This document shows positions 28,245 through 36,889 of a stretch of DNA of 64,000 nucleotides, one piece after another. The position numbers and the translations under genes are program-made. The notes under the pieces were generated by a model, which worked only from the letters and a program-made list of their open reading frames with translations, did not search any database and was not told where the DNA came from. The stretch covers positions 32,001 through 96,000 of the forward strand of contig JBPOGI010000006.1 in NCBI GenBank assembly GCA_051251855.1, in the 5' to 3' direction. The number at the start of each line of letters is the position of its first letter. The first letter of the stretch is position 1. Origin of the DNA: Roseibacillus sp. (lineage in GTDB: Bacteria; Verrucomicrobiota; Verrucomicrobiia; Verrucomicrobiales; Akkermansiaceae).

Positions 28245-29738
28245 CTACAGGAGTGCTTGCTTGAGGTCTTTAATGAAGCTTGCGAGTTGGTTCTCTTTTT
28301 CGGCTGGGTCGGGGAGGCGGAGGAGGTAGCTGGGGTGGATGGTGGCGATGACTTTGGGGGCGAGGTGGGGGAGGGGATCGGGTTGGATGCCGCGTTGTTT
28401 GAGGACTTGGAATTTGGAGTCGATGAGGGCTTGGGCGGGGGTGTTGCCGAGGGTGATGATGACGTCGGGTTGGATTTTGAGGATTTCAGCGAGGACCCAG
28501 GGCTTGCAGTGGTGGACTTCTTCTTTGCTGGCTTTGTCGTGGAGACGGCGCTTACCTTGAGGTTTGAATTTGAAGTGTTTGACGGTGTTGGTGAGGTAGA
28601 GTTCCTCTCGGTTGAGGCCGGCTTCTTGGAGGGCTTGGTCGAGGAGCTTTCCGGCGGGGCCGACGAAGGGGCGGCCGGAGATGTCTTCTTGGTCTCCGGG
28701 TTGTTCGCCGATGATCATGATGCGAGCGTCGGGTGGGCCTTCGCCAAAGACGGTTTGGGTGGCGGCGTCGTAAAGGGGGCAGTGACGGCAGGCGGTGGCG
28801 GCTTCGTCGATTTGTTGCAGGGAGAGGTCTTGGGCTTGGGCGAGGGCTTCGATGGGGGCTAGGCCGAGTTGGTCGGTGTCGGGGTGTTGAGCTCCGAGGG
28901 GGGTGTTGGCGGAGACATGAGCGCGGTCGAGATTGGGGCCTTGCTCGACCATATCGATGGCACGGTGAGAGGCGGTGGAGGTGAGCTCGGCGATGAGGGG
29001 GGCTTCCGGGAGGTTTTTCCAATACTTTTTGGGCATCTCGGATTGCATCGCTTTGAGCTTGAGGCGGGCGGGGTTGAAGATGCTGGCATAATAGGTGCGC
29101 CAGTAGTCTTCGAGTTCGTCGACTTTGGGGGCTTGGGAGGAATCGACGCCTTTGGTGAAGGTGAGCTCTTTTCCGTCCCAATGGGCACAGCGGTCGGGGG
29201 TGAGGATGGACCAGTCGAAGGAGGTAAAGCGTTTGGCGAAGAAGGGGGCGGTGAGCTCGACGATGGAGTGGGTGGGCTCGAACCAAGCCACGAACTGCTC
29301 GCGGCCGGTGTCGGGGTGTTCGCCGATTTTGCGAAAGCGGACAAAGGCTTTCATCTTGTGGCGGTCGCGGGAGATTTCTTTGGCGAGAGATTCGAGGCGC
29401 CGAGTGAGAAAGTGTGTTGAGATGCGGAGGAGGTTTTTTTCGCCGTTGTTGATGCGGTAAATGACTTCGTAGAGCAGGGACCATCGTTCGGGGTCGCGGT
29501 GGCAGGCGACGAGGGTGGCGAGTTCGAGGAAGGCTTTGGGAGTGCGGATTTCGGTGAGGTCGCGGGGGTTGTAGTGGGCTTTGGCTTCTTGAACTGATGC
29601 GAGGGAGTCGTTGAAGAGGGAGTTTGTTTGAGTGCCGTCTTCGAAGAGGACTTTGTGGGGCGGGACACGGCCTCGAAGAAGTTCGCGGGCTTGTTCGCGC
29701 CAGGAAGCGAGGTTGGGTTCGATGGAAGCAGGGTGCAT
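28245..29738 (-). CDS. Fusion of DUF4130 (TIGR03915-type) and UdgX-family uracil-DNA binding protein
   Basis: Start ATG 29738. N-terminal RDRHKMKAFVRF, WFEP.H.IV, PFF..RF...WSILTP, W.TYYASIFNPARL, EMPKKYWKNLPEA. C-terminal CRHCPLY, GEQPGDQED..GRPFVGPAG, VKHFKF...GKRRLH, TIHPSYLLR. Confidence 0.93.
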   Translation of the reverse strand: MHPASIEPNLASWREQARELLRGRVPPHKVLFEDGTQTNSLFNDSLASVQEAKAHYNPRDLTEIRTPKAFLELATLVACHRDPERWSLLYEVIYRINNGEKNLLRISTHFLTRRLESLAKEISRDRHKMKAFVRFRKIGEHPDTGREQFVAWFEPTHSIVELTAPFFAKRFTSFDWSILTPDRCAHWDGKELTFTKGVDSSQAPKVDELEDYWRTYYASIFNPARLKLKAMQSEMPKKYWKNLPEAPLIAELTSTASHRAIDMVEQGPNLDRAHVSANTPLGAQHPDTDQLGLAPIEALAQAQDLSLQQIDEAATACRHCPLYDAATQTVFGEGPPDARIMIIGEQPGDQEDISGRPFVGPAGKLLDQALQEAGLNREELYLTNTVKHFKFKPQGKRRLHDKASKEEVHHCKPWVLAEILKIQPDVIITLGNTPAQALIDSKFQVLKQRGIQPDPLPHLAPKVIATIHPSYLLRLPDPAEKENQLASFIKDLKQALL

Positions 29739-29744
29739 GGAAGA

Positions 29745-29841
29745 GGAGAGCGGCTTTGTAAGCCGCTGAGGGTTGGTGTGAGATATGAAAGGACGTTGTT
29801 TTGATCGGGCAGTGGGGTGGCTTGCAAAGCCACGCTCCCGT
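29745..29841. repeat. 97-bp direct repeat, copy 1 (inverted REP doublet with spacer)
   Basis: GGAGAGCGGCTTTGTAAGCCGC...GTGGCTTGCAAAGCCACGCTCCCGT; 91/97 identical to 30452-30548. Confidence 0.93.
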
Positions 29842-30441
29842 TTATTCTCTTTCGTAGAAGCGGTATTTGGTTGTGGGGAGTCTTTTTGGGTTTCGATGGA
29901 TGTAAGTTTGAGTGGCTTTGAAGTGTGCTTCGTGCCGGATGAGACGGTCCCAGTAGTCAGGTTGCCAGAGAGGGCCTCTTCTCTTTTCCATTTTGTTGAT
30001 TTCTCTGGCGGTGAAGCGTTTCCAAGAATGAATGATATCGGAAAGAGAATGACCTTCGTGGGGTGAGAAAAGAATGTGGATATGGTTCGGCATGACGACA
30101 AAGCTTTGGAGGAGATAGCGCTGGTTGTCGAAGTGGTGTAAAGCGTTAGCTACGATGGCTGAATTTTCAGGTTTTTGCAGAAGGCAGGATCCGTAATTGG
30201 CATCGAGATAAGAATCAATTTTCTCGCTGAAAAGTTGATGGTATTCGGATTCTTGTCTTTCGTTCCTTGGAGGAGGATTGTGGGAAAGCCAGGCTGAGCG
30301 GTGTTCTTGCCATTTGTTCAGTAGTCGGATGGGAAGGGCGTCTGCGAGGCGGAAGGTTACAAAGATCCAGACTTGCTCCTGTTGCCAGTGAGGAAGGTTG
30401 TTCTCGGTTTTTGAGATTGTCTTTTCTGGCTGGTAGAACAT
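29842..30441 (-). mobile_element. REP-associated tyrosine transposase (RAYT, Y1/HUH family)
   Basis: Start ATG 30441; LPHW, FVTFRLADALP, VVMPNHIH (HUH), HSWKRFTAREIN, LWQPDYWDRLIR, YIHRNP (catalytic Tyr). Flanked by palindromic repeats. Confidence 0.92.
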
Positions 30442-30451
30442 GTGACGAAGG

Positions 30452-30548
30452 GGAGAGCGGCTTTGCAAGCCGCTGAGGGTTGGTGTGAGATATGAAAGGA
30501 CGTTGTTTGAATCTGGCAGTGGGGCGGCTTGCAAAGCCGCGCTCCCGT
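30452..30548. repeat. 97-bp direct repeat, copy 2 (inverted REP doublet with spacer)
   Basis: GGAGAGCGGCTTTGCAAGCCGC...GCGGCTTGCAAAGCCGCGCTCCCGT; an extra GCTCCCGT follows at 30553-30560. Confidence 0.93.
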
Positions 30549-30563
30549 GAGGGCTCCCGTTAC

Positions 30564-31877
30564 CTAAATTTCACCGGTGGCGGCGCTGAGGGCGATGGCT
30601 TTGGTGGTTTGGGGTGGGCGGTTTTGGGTGAAGTCGAGTTCGAGTTGAGCGGGGGGTGGCAGGAAGAGTTGGCGCAGTTTGTCGCCCTCTAACAAATTGG
30701 GGGCGGGATGGTAGTCGAGGGTGATGAGGAAGGGGCGGCATTTCTTGAGAGAGACGCCGAGGGTTTGCAGGTCTTGGAGACGGAGGGCGTGATGGCGGCG
30801 GCTTTGTAGAATGCGGCTGACGGAGCGGACGCCAATGCCGGGGATTCGGAGGAGGTCGTCTTTGGAGGCGCGGTTGACGTCGATGGGAAAGGAGGTGCGA
30901 TTGCGGAGGGCCCATGAGAGTTTGGGGTCGAGATCGAGGTCGAGGGTGGGGTGTTGCTCGTTGGCGATTTCGGTGACGGAGTAGCCGTAGAATCGGAGGA
31001 GCCAGTCGGCTTGGTAGAGACGGTGCTCGCGAATGAGGGGTGGAGATTTGGCGGGGAGAATGGGGGAGGAGTCGGGGATGGGGCTGTAGGCGGAGTAATA
31101 GACGCGCCGCATTTTGTAACTACTATAAAGGTCGTTGCTACGGTGGAGGATTTGGTGGTCGTTGGCGTCGTCGGCTCCGATAATCATTTGGGTGGATTGA
31201 CCGGCGGGGGAGAAGGCTTTGGGTTTGGCGGCGCGGGAGACGGTTTTGTTGCGGCGGGCTTCTTTGTTTTCTTCGATTCGCATTCGGATGCCGCCCATGG
31301 CTTGACGCGTGCGGCGGAGGTTCTTTTCGGGGGCGAGAGTGGCGAGACTTTCCTGAGTGGGGAGCTCGATGTTGATGCTGATGCGGTCGGCGTATTTGCC
31401 AGCCTGGTCGATGAGCTCTTGGGAGGCTTCGGGGATGGTTTTGAGGTGGATGTAGCCGCGGAAGTGATGGTCTTCGCGCAGGGAGCGGGCAATCTCGTTG
31501 ACTTGCTCCATGGTGTAGTCGGGGTTGCGAATGATGCCGGAGCTGAGGAAGAGGCCTTCGATGTAGTTACGCTTGTAGAAGTCGAGAGTGAGCTTTACCA
31601 CTTCCTGCGGAGTGAAGCGCGCGCGTGGGGTGTCGCTGGAGCGCCGGTTGATGCAGTAGTGGCAGTCGTAAATACAGGCGTTGGTGAGGAGAACCTTGAG
31701 GAGGGAGATGCAGCGTCCGTCGGGGGCGTAGCTGTGGCAGATTCCTGCTCCGCCGGAGGAGCCGAGGGCTTTAGAATTCTTTCCCGAGGAGTCTCGCTTG
31801 TCGGTGCCGCTACTGGCGCAGGAGGCGTCGTATTTGGCGGCGTCGGCGAGAATAGAGAGCTTTTTTTGGAGGGTCAA
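30564..31877 (-). CDS. Putative DNA modification/repair radical SAM protein (TIGR03916-type) with C-terminal HhH
   Basis: KL.ILADAAKYDASC, GICHSY.PDGRCISLLK.LLTN.CIYDCHYC (CxxxCxxC), REHRLYQADWLLRFYG, LLRIPGIG. Confidence 0.95.
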   Translation of the reverse strand: MTLQKKLSILADAAKYDASCASSGTDKRDSSGKNSKALGSSGGAGICHSYAPDGRCISLLKVLLTNACIYDCHYCINRRSSDTPRARFTPQEVVKLTLDFYKRNYIEGLFLSSGIIRNPDYTMEQVNEIARSLREDHHFRGYIHLKTIPEASQELIDQAGKYADRISINIELPTQESLATLAPEKNLRRTRQAMGGIRMRIEENKEARRNKTVSRAAKPKAFSPAGQSTQMIIGADDANDHQILHRSNDLYSSYKMRRVYYSAYSPIPDSSPILPAKSPPLIREHRLYQADWLLRFYGYSVTEIANEQHPTLDLDLDPKLSWALRNRTSFPIDVNRASKDDLLRIPGIGVRSVSRILQSRRHHALRLQDLQTLGVSLKKCRPFLITLDYHPAPNLLEGDKLRQLFLPPPAQLELDFTQNRPPQTTKAIALSAATGEI

Positions 31878-31890
31878 AAGAAAGGAAAGT

Positions 31891-31904
31891 TGTTACCATG
31901 AACA
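31891..31904. promoter_or_regulatory. LexA (SOS) box, Verrucomicrobia type
   Basis: TGTTA-CCAT-GAACA, one mismatch to TGTTC-N4-GAACA, 13 nt upstream of the radical SAM start. An adjacent TGTTC half-site lies at 31906. Confidence 0.75.
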
Positions 31905-31966
31905 ATGTTCTTTTGAGGTGGGAATGCAAGTCTGAATTCGTTCTGCTTCTTGAAATCAGTGTCTTG

Positions 31967-34348
31967 CTAGGACCGAGGAAGAGCGTAGGAGTGTCGTTGT
32001 GAATCAAATACGAGCGTTTCGAAATGCTGGTGGCTCCAGGCGATGGCATCTTCTCCGCTTTTTTGGTCAACGAGTTCGTCAAGCCATTGATAGTGCTGGG
32101 AAGCTGATGAGGAAGAGGAGAGGACGAGAGAAGTGATCAGCTCTCGGAGCGCTTCTTTGTTTCCTGTTTTGGCGGCGAGGTAGCCTAGTTCTTCGTGATT
32201 GCTGCTTCTTGCGTTGAACCGGAGTAATCGGGCTTCTTCGATGGTCTGAGCCAAAGGAAAGTTGGGGAGAGCTGAGAGAGTTTGGGCAAGGGTGCGGTGC
32301 CGGTATCTGGCTTGAGTGAAGAGCCAAGCGAGGTCGGGGTAGGTTTGGGGGTCTTTGGCAGATGCTACGATGGTGAAGACATTTTGAATGGAGTCCTGAG
32401 GGATGTGGTGGCGGTTTCGAAGCAAGAAGGAGAGCACAGGAGCTGCCTCCTTGGTCCAGCCTTTTTTGGAGAAGAGGGTCGCTAGGGACGGGTCATGCTC
32501 GAGAGCTGTTAGAAGAGAGGGGAGATGGGACTCATCTGCAAATTGAGTGAGAGTCTCCAAGGCGAGCTGTTGTGCAGGAGGGGGAACAGGCAAACGCTTG
32601 ATGAGGGCGGGGAGGTGTCCTTTGCTCAACACGTGGTATTTGCTCCGTGCCAATTTTTTCTCGACTGGGTCGATATCGTCGGCGAGGTCGTAGAGAATGA
32701 GGTCGAGGTAGGCTTCAACTTCTTCCTTCGAGGGATTTTGGGAAAGGTGAGCAATGGACCAGCGAATTTTTTCTTTAGGTTTGGGGGTGGTTTTTTCCTC
32801 ACTACCAAAGGGGATCCAGTTCTCACGCTGGAAGTCTCCAAAGACGGAATCTGTTTGTTGGTAGGTGAAGACGAGGAGTTCCAGCTGAGAGAGAGCTTTT
32901 GTGGAAGAGGAAAGTTCTTGGAGGTAAGTGGCGTCGGCTTTGTCGAGATGGCATCTGAACTGGATCTTTCGAATGGGGCTGCTGGAAAAATTCGTACCCA
33001 TGAATCGGTATTTGCAAGAGAAGAGAGTGTTGCTGGTGGGGTCTCTGAGAAGAAGTCCAATCGGTCTCTTGGTCAGCGAGAGGGCACCAGGACGAAAATA
33101 CATTTCGTGGAGGCGGCTCTCGAGAGAGGTTAACAGTCCCGCAATATGAAAGTTGAAGCTGGCATCTTCTTCGTCAACGGAAAGGATCTTGAAGCGACTG
33201 GTTTTGTCGAAGAGAGAGGAAGCGCCTTCTTGCAGCGGAATGGTGACTGCCAAATGAGGTTCTAACAAGATACCGGAATAGGATCCCCTGATATGGAGTG
33301 GGGATGAAATGTCAGAAGTCCATTCAGGAGGCATGAAGCTATCGTTAGCCGGGATGCGCTCCCTTTCTGCCGAGGGGGGGAGTAGGCGAGTAAGTTGAGG
33401 CGCGAGCTGGAAGCTTTCTCTGAGACGAAAGAATGAGTGGTTTCCTTCAAAGGAGCATTCCATTTCTCTGGGAAAAAGAAGCTGTCCGGCGGGAAGATTG
33501 GCGGTGAGCTGGGGAGTGATGAGGGTTGCGTTCGGTAGTGGTTCTTCACCCTTGGCGAGGACTCTGAGGTCGAGCCTCTTTTGAACGATGGTCTGGGGGC
33601 TGGTCGGCTCGTAGAAGCGATAGTTCCAAAACACTCCGCTGGTTGAGAAGGCGAAGAAAGCGACGAGGGCAAGGTAACTGGCGGGCTTTGGACTACGGAA
33701 GCGCGAGGAAGTATAGCAAGCAATGAGAAGGAGGCCTATCGAGAGAGCGAGGGGAAGAAGGAGAGAACCGTCTATTTGAAAATTGTAAGGTGAAGGGGGA
33801 ATTGCCAAGTGGAAGAGCAATCGTGCCAGTGTCGAAAAAAGGGGCAGGGCAATGAGGATTCCTGCTGTCCAAAGGAGAACGTTTCGAGGTCGCCGAGAGA
33901 GCGCGGAGAGTAGGGTGATCCAGAGAACGATGTGGATTTGGTGGAGCGAAGCAAGGGCGCAAGTCTCCCTGACGAAGGTCCAACTAGGAATGAACAAAAC
34001 GAAGGGCAAGGCGAAGCTGGAGACGAGTGGAACAAGAATAAGGACGAGGATGAGGCTGCTCTTTTCCCAGAAGAGGGTCATCGGTTTGAGGGGAAGAGTT
34101 CGCCAATAGGGGGCCTCGCTCCCGAAGGGCGTGGTGAAGAGAATGCGAGAAGCGAGAAGAGCTCCCAAGAGAGCTAGCGTGAAATTTACAGTGGTGGACC
34201 AAAGAAGAATCAACGGCGAATCGTGAGTGTCGCTCTTGAGTAGGATGGTTCGGCCTAAGGCGACCAGAAGGAGAAGAAGAATCCAAGGAGCCCAGACCGG
34301 AAAGATACGGCGGAAGTCCCACTTCCACTGGTTGAAGAAGGTAGTCAT
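31967..34348 (-). CDS. Large membrane protein, putative ABC permease with big soluble C-terminal region
   Basis: About 7 TM segments at the N-terminus with a W.TLPL....LF.EK loop; last gene of the GntR-ABC operon. Confidence 0.7.
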   Translation of the reverse strand: MTTFFNQWKWDFRRIFPVWAPWILLLLLVALGRTILLKSDTHDSPLILLWSTTVNFTLALLGALLASRILFTTPFGSEAPYWRTLPLKPMTLFWEKSSLILVLILVPLVSSFALPFVLFIPSWTFVRETCALASLHQIHIVLWITLLSALSRRPRNVLLWTAGILIALPLFSTLARLLFHLAIPPSPYNFQIDGSLLLPLALSIGLLLIACYTSSRFRSPKPASYLALVAFFAFSTSGVFWNYRFYEPTSPQTIVQKRLDLRVLAKGEEPLPNATLITPQLTANLPAGQLLFPREMECSFEGNHSFFRLRESFQLAPQLTRLLPPSAERERIPANDSFMPPEWTSDISSPLHIRGSYSGILLEPHLAVTIPLQEGASSLFDKTSRFKILSVDEEDASFNFHIAGLLTSLESRLHEMYFRPGALSLTKRPIGLLLRDPTSNTLFSCKYRFMGTNFSSSPIRKIQFRCHLDKADATYLQELSSSTKALSQLELLVFTYQQTDSVFGDFQRENWIPFGSEEKTTPKPKEKIRWSIAHLSQNPSKEEVEAYLDLILYDLADDIDPVEKKLARSKYHVLSKGHLPALIKRLPVPPPAQQLALETLTQFADESHLPSLLTALEHDPSLATLFSKKGWTKEAAPVLSFLLRNRHHIPQDSIQNVFTIVASAKDPQTYPDLAWLFTQARYRHRTLAQTLSALPNFPLAQTIEEARLLRFNARSSNHEELGYLAAKTGNKEALRELITSLVLSSSSSASQHYQWLDELVDQKSGEDAIAWSHQHFETLVFDSQRHSYALPRS

Positions 34349-34351
34349 TGA

Positions 34352-36889
34352 TTAGTCTTTCGAGTTGTTCGTTTTTGGGACGAAGCGTTCGATGATGGGA
34401 TCGAAGCGGAAGTCGTCAGGCTCATGTTTGGACAGCCGATGTTGGAGTTCTTGAAAATTGAAACGAGGGAAGTGGAAGAATTTGGTCAGAGAGCGTCTGG
34501 GATGATTGTTATGGAAGCGGTATGTGTGCTGGGTGTAGTTCAGAACAAAGAAGAGGTCTTCGAGGGCTTGTTCGTCTCCCAGCTGTAGGGCAAGCGCTCG
34601 CTCGGGTGAAATAGCAGGGAAGTTACTAGACGGGCTGAAGGGGAATATCTGAGGGGCTGGCTCTCCCAACCTTGATTTGATGAGGGCTTGTTTGATTCGG
34701 GGATGCCTCAGTATGATTGGAGTAAGCTCATTTGCGGGGTCTTTCTTTACGAAGGAAACGAGGAGATGATCGTTTTTGGGGTTGTTGCATGCGAGTAGCC
34801 CTTGGACCGCTCTTTGTTGCATGCCCGAATCGGGGTGATTGAGGTGCTTTCGAAAAACTGCTTCTCCTTCTTGTATCCATCCTCGTTCAATAAGGACCGT
34901 CATGAGGAAGGGATAGTCATTGGCGGCAGAGATGAGCTGGTCCTTGTCGTCGCGGCGAATGCCAGAGGAAATGGCTTTGGTAAAGATGGCCGCGAATGAA
35001 CTATTGGGTTCAAAGCGACTGAGATCGGAGAGGAAGAGGGAGAGGTGAGACTCTACAAGGGGAGAGAGTTGTTCTGCTAGGAAGTCCTCTTCAATGTGGA
35101 TGCGGTGGAGGCTTCGAACGAGATGGGAAGTGAAGTTGTAGAGGAAAGTCGCGACTTCGGAGGTTGGTGCGTTGGCCTTCGGTTGGTTTTGGCGCAACCA
35201 AAGTGCGAATTGTCCCGAGTGAAAAATTTCCTCTCCTAGTTGAGTCCCATTTGGAGGCCGCCTGCGGTGAGAGGGAAAAGGGGGATAGTTTTCGCTCTGA
35301 TAGGGAACGACTGCTGAGCCTATTTTGGTTGCTTCGATGAAGACGAGTTGGGCGCCAAGGAGGTTGATGCGACCCTTCTGAGGGCTATCAAAGTGGATGG
35401 AAAGTTCTTCGTGATCTAATAAAATGGAGCTGCTCTGTTTGCCTGCTTTTCTGACTTCGCCGAAGTGAATGAGTTGATGAGAAGGAAGGTAGAGTCCGCA
35501 CAGTCGGTTATCGGGAGAGTCTTCCTCTTCGCTTTTGGAGAAGAGGAGACGGCGAGGTTTTGCTTTGGAAAGAGAGAAATGAAGACCGTCGGAATTCCAA
35601 GCAAGCGGGACAATTCGAACGGTATTATCCTTTGAAGGAGAATTGAGAGGAACTCTATTTTCAATCTTCCACTGGCCAGCCAAGATGCGAATGGAGCCCT
35701 TGAGATGGAAGGGGGTTTGTGGAAGCTTATTACGAAAACTGTCCGAGCTCGGAAGATTCACTTTGTTGGCTTGCCCCCAGCTCCCGTAGGGAACGATAGC
35801 GCGAAGATCGGGAAAAGTTTTCAGCAAGAGTCTTTCGAATCCAGGAGCGAGAGTGCCCGAGGGGAGGTGAATACTGTAGAATTGCGGCTCCCGATAAGAT
35901 GGTCCGTCACTTTCAAAGTGCGCCTCTCCAAGATTCTGAATCTCATAGCGTGAGAACTCGAAGGCGTAGTCGACATCAGGGAAGTGCTGGGTCAATTGGG
36001 CGCGAGACTCTTTGGGTATTGTTATCGTGAGCGCACCCGAATCTCCGATTGAAAAGGTGTTCGGCAGGTGGGTCTGAATGTCAATGGGGTGGTTAGGATT
36101 CGTAAGAATCGAGGTGAGGGTTTTGCGATGGGGGTTGGGCTGGAAGCTCCAGCGGTTGAGCACGTTTGCTACTATGAGGGAGAGGAGAAGCAGTCCTGCG
36201 AGAGAGAGGAAGCGACGAGGGAAGGCAACCTCCTTGCGGCTCTGCGTCTTGAGGAGAAGAAGGAGGCCGCAAGAGAGAAAGAGGGCAGTGATGAAAAGAG
36301 AAAGACGGTGAGGTGATTGATTTTTCCAGAGAATGGAGGGAAGAAACTCGAGTTCATGAAGCATTTGCAGGAAGTTCCAAAAGCTCACTAAAACTAAAAT
36401 CGAAATCAGGCTCGAGAGGATGAGGGAAAGAGGTGATTGCTGATGAAGGGTGAAGCTCGTAATCAAGAGTGCTAGGGCACTGAGAACGAGGAGCCAATCA
36501 AGGGTGGTGAGGGAGAGAGAGGCTGCGACTTCGTTGTGCAGGAGCATCAAGGCGGCATTGAGAGAGAGGATAGGAAGGATGAGGGCGGTGAAGACAAAGA
36601 GTGCTTTCCCTCCATAGAGCGCGAAAGGGGTCAGGGGACGAGTAGTGAGTGGTCGGTCTCGCTTTGAGGGGGAATCGCTGAGGAAGGGAGCGGCCACGAG
36701 GAAGAGAAAGAGTAGCCCCACGGAAGCATTGATGAGAAGGACGAAGGACCAGTTGAGAAGATTGTATCCCCAGTCCGTGGACTCCGATTGAGAGGGAAGA
36801 TGAGCTACGAAAAGGAGAGCCAAGAAGAGGAGGACGAAGACGCGATATTTTCGGAATTCGTGAGCGCATTGATGAAGGAGTAGATTCAT
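34352..36889 (-). CDS. Large membrane protein, putative ABC permease (same architecture as 31967..34348)
   Basis: N-terminal TM bundle with TRPL....LY.GK loop; overlaps the ATPase stop codon. Confidence 0.7.
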   Translation of the reverse strand: MNLLLHQCAHEFRKYRVFVLLFLALLFVAHLPSQSESTDWGYNLLNWSFVLLINASVGLLFLFLVAAPFLSDSPSKRDRPLTTRPLTPFALYGGKALFVFTALILPILSLNAALMLLHNEVAASLSLTTLDWLLVLSALALLITSFTLHQQSPLSLILSSLISILVLVSFWNFLQMLHELEFLPSILWKNQSPHRLSLFITALFLSCGLLLLLKTQSRKEVAFPRRFLSLAGLLLLSLIVANVLNRWSFQPNPHRKTLTSILTNPNHPIDIQTHLPNTFSIGDSGALTITIPKESRAQLTQHFPDVDYAFEFSRYEIQNLGEAHFESDGPSYREPQFYSIHLPSGTLAPGFERLLLKTFPDLRAIVPYGSWGQANKVNLPSSDSFRNKLPQTPFHLKGSIRILAGQWKIENRVPLNSPSKDNTVRIVPLAWNSDGLHFSLSKAKPRRLLFSKSEEEDSPDNRLCGLYLPSHQLIHFGEVRKAGKQSSSILLDHEELSIHFDSPQKGRINLLGAQLVFIEATKIGSAVVPYQSENYPPFPSHRRRPPNGTQLGEEIFHSGQFALWLRQNQPKANAPTSEVATFLYNFTSHLVRSLHRIHIEEDFLAEQLSPLVESHLSLFLSDLSRFEPNSSFAAIFTKAISSGIRRDDKDQLISAANDYPFLMTVLIERGWIQEGEAVFRKHLNHPDSGMQQRAVQGLLACNNPKNDHLLVSFVKKDPANELTPIILRHPRIKQALIKSRLGEPAPQIFPFSPSSNFPAISPERALALQLGDEQALEDLFFVLNYTQHTYRFHNNHPRRSLTKFFHFPRFNFQELQHRLSKHEPDDFRFDPIIERFVPKTNNSKD

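Noticed and set aside
29739..30101. N-terminal 121-aa extension of the UdgX fusion in the ORF track, and the 31-aa extension of RAYT
   Set aside because: The extensions run through the REP repeats and overlap RAYT. Family-like sequence begins at ATG 29738 and ATG 30441 respectively.
29745..30548. Direct repeats as a CRISPR array or classical IS ends
   Set aside because: Only two 97-bp copies, enclosing a gene rather than spacers. No cas genes are present, and the enzyme is HUH/RAYT-type rather than DDE.
24638..31877. Very G-rich plus strand suggesting a foreign island
   Set aside because: Similar G excess occurs in plus-strand genes at 38-44 kb and opposite thrC, so strand skew and codon bias explain it. 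No integrase or att site was seen.
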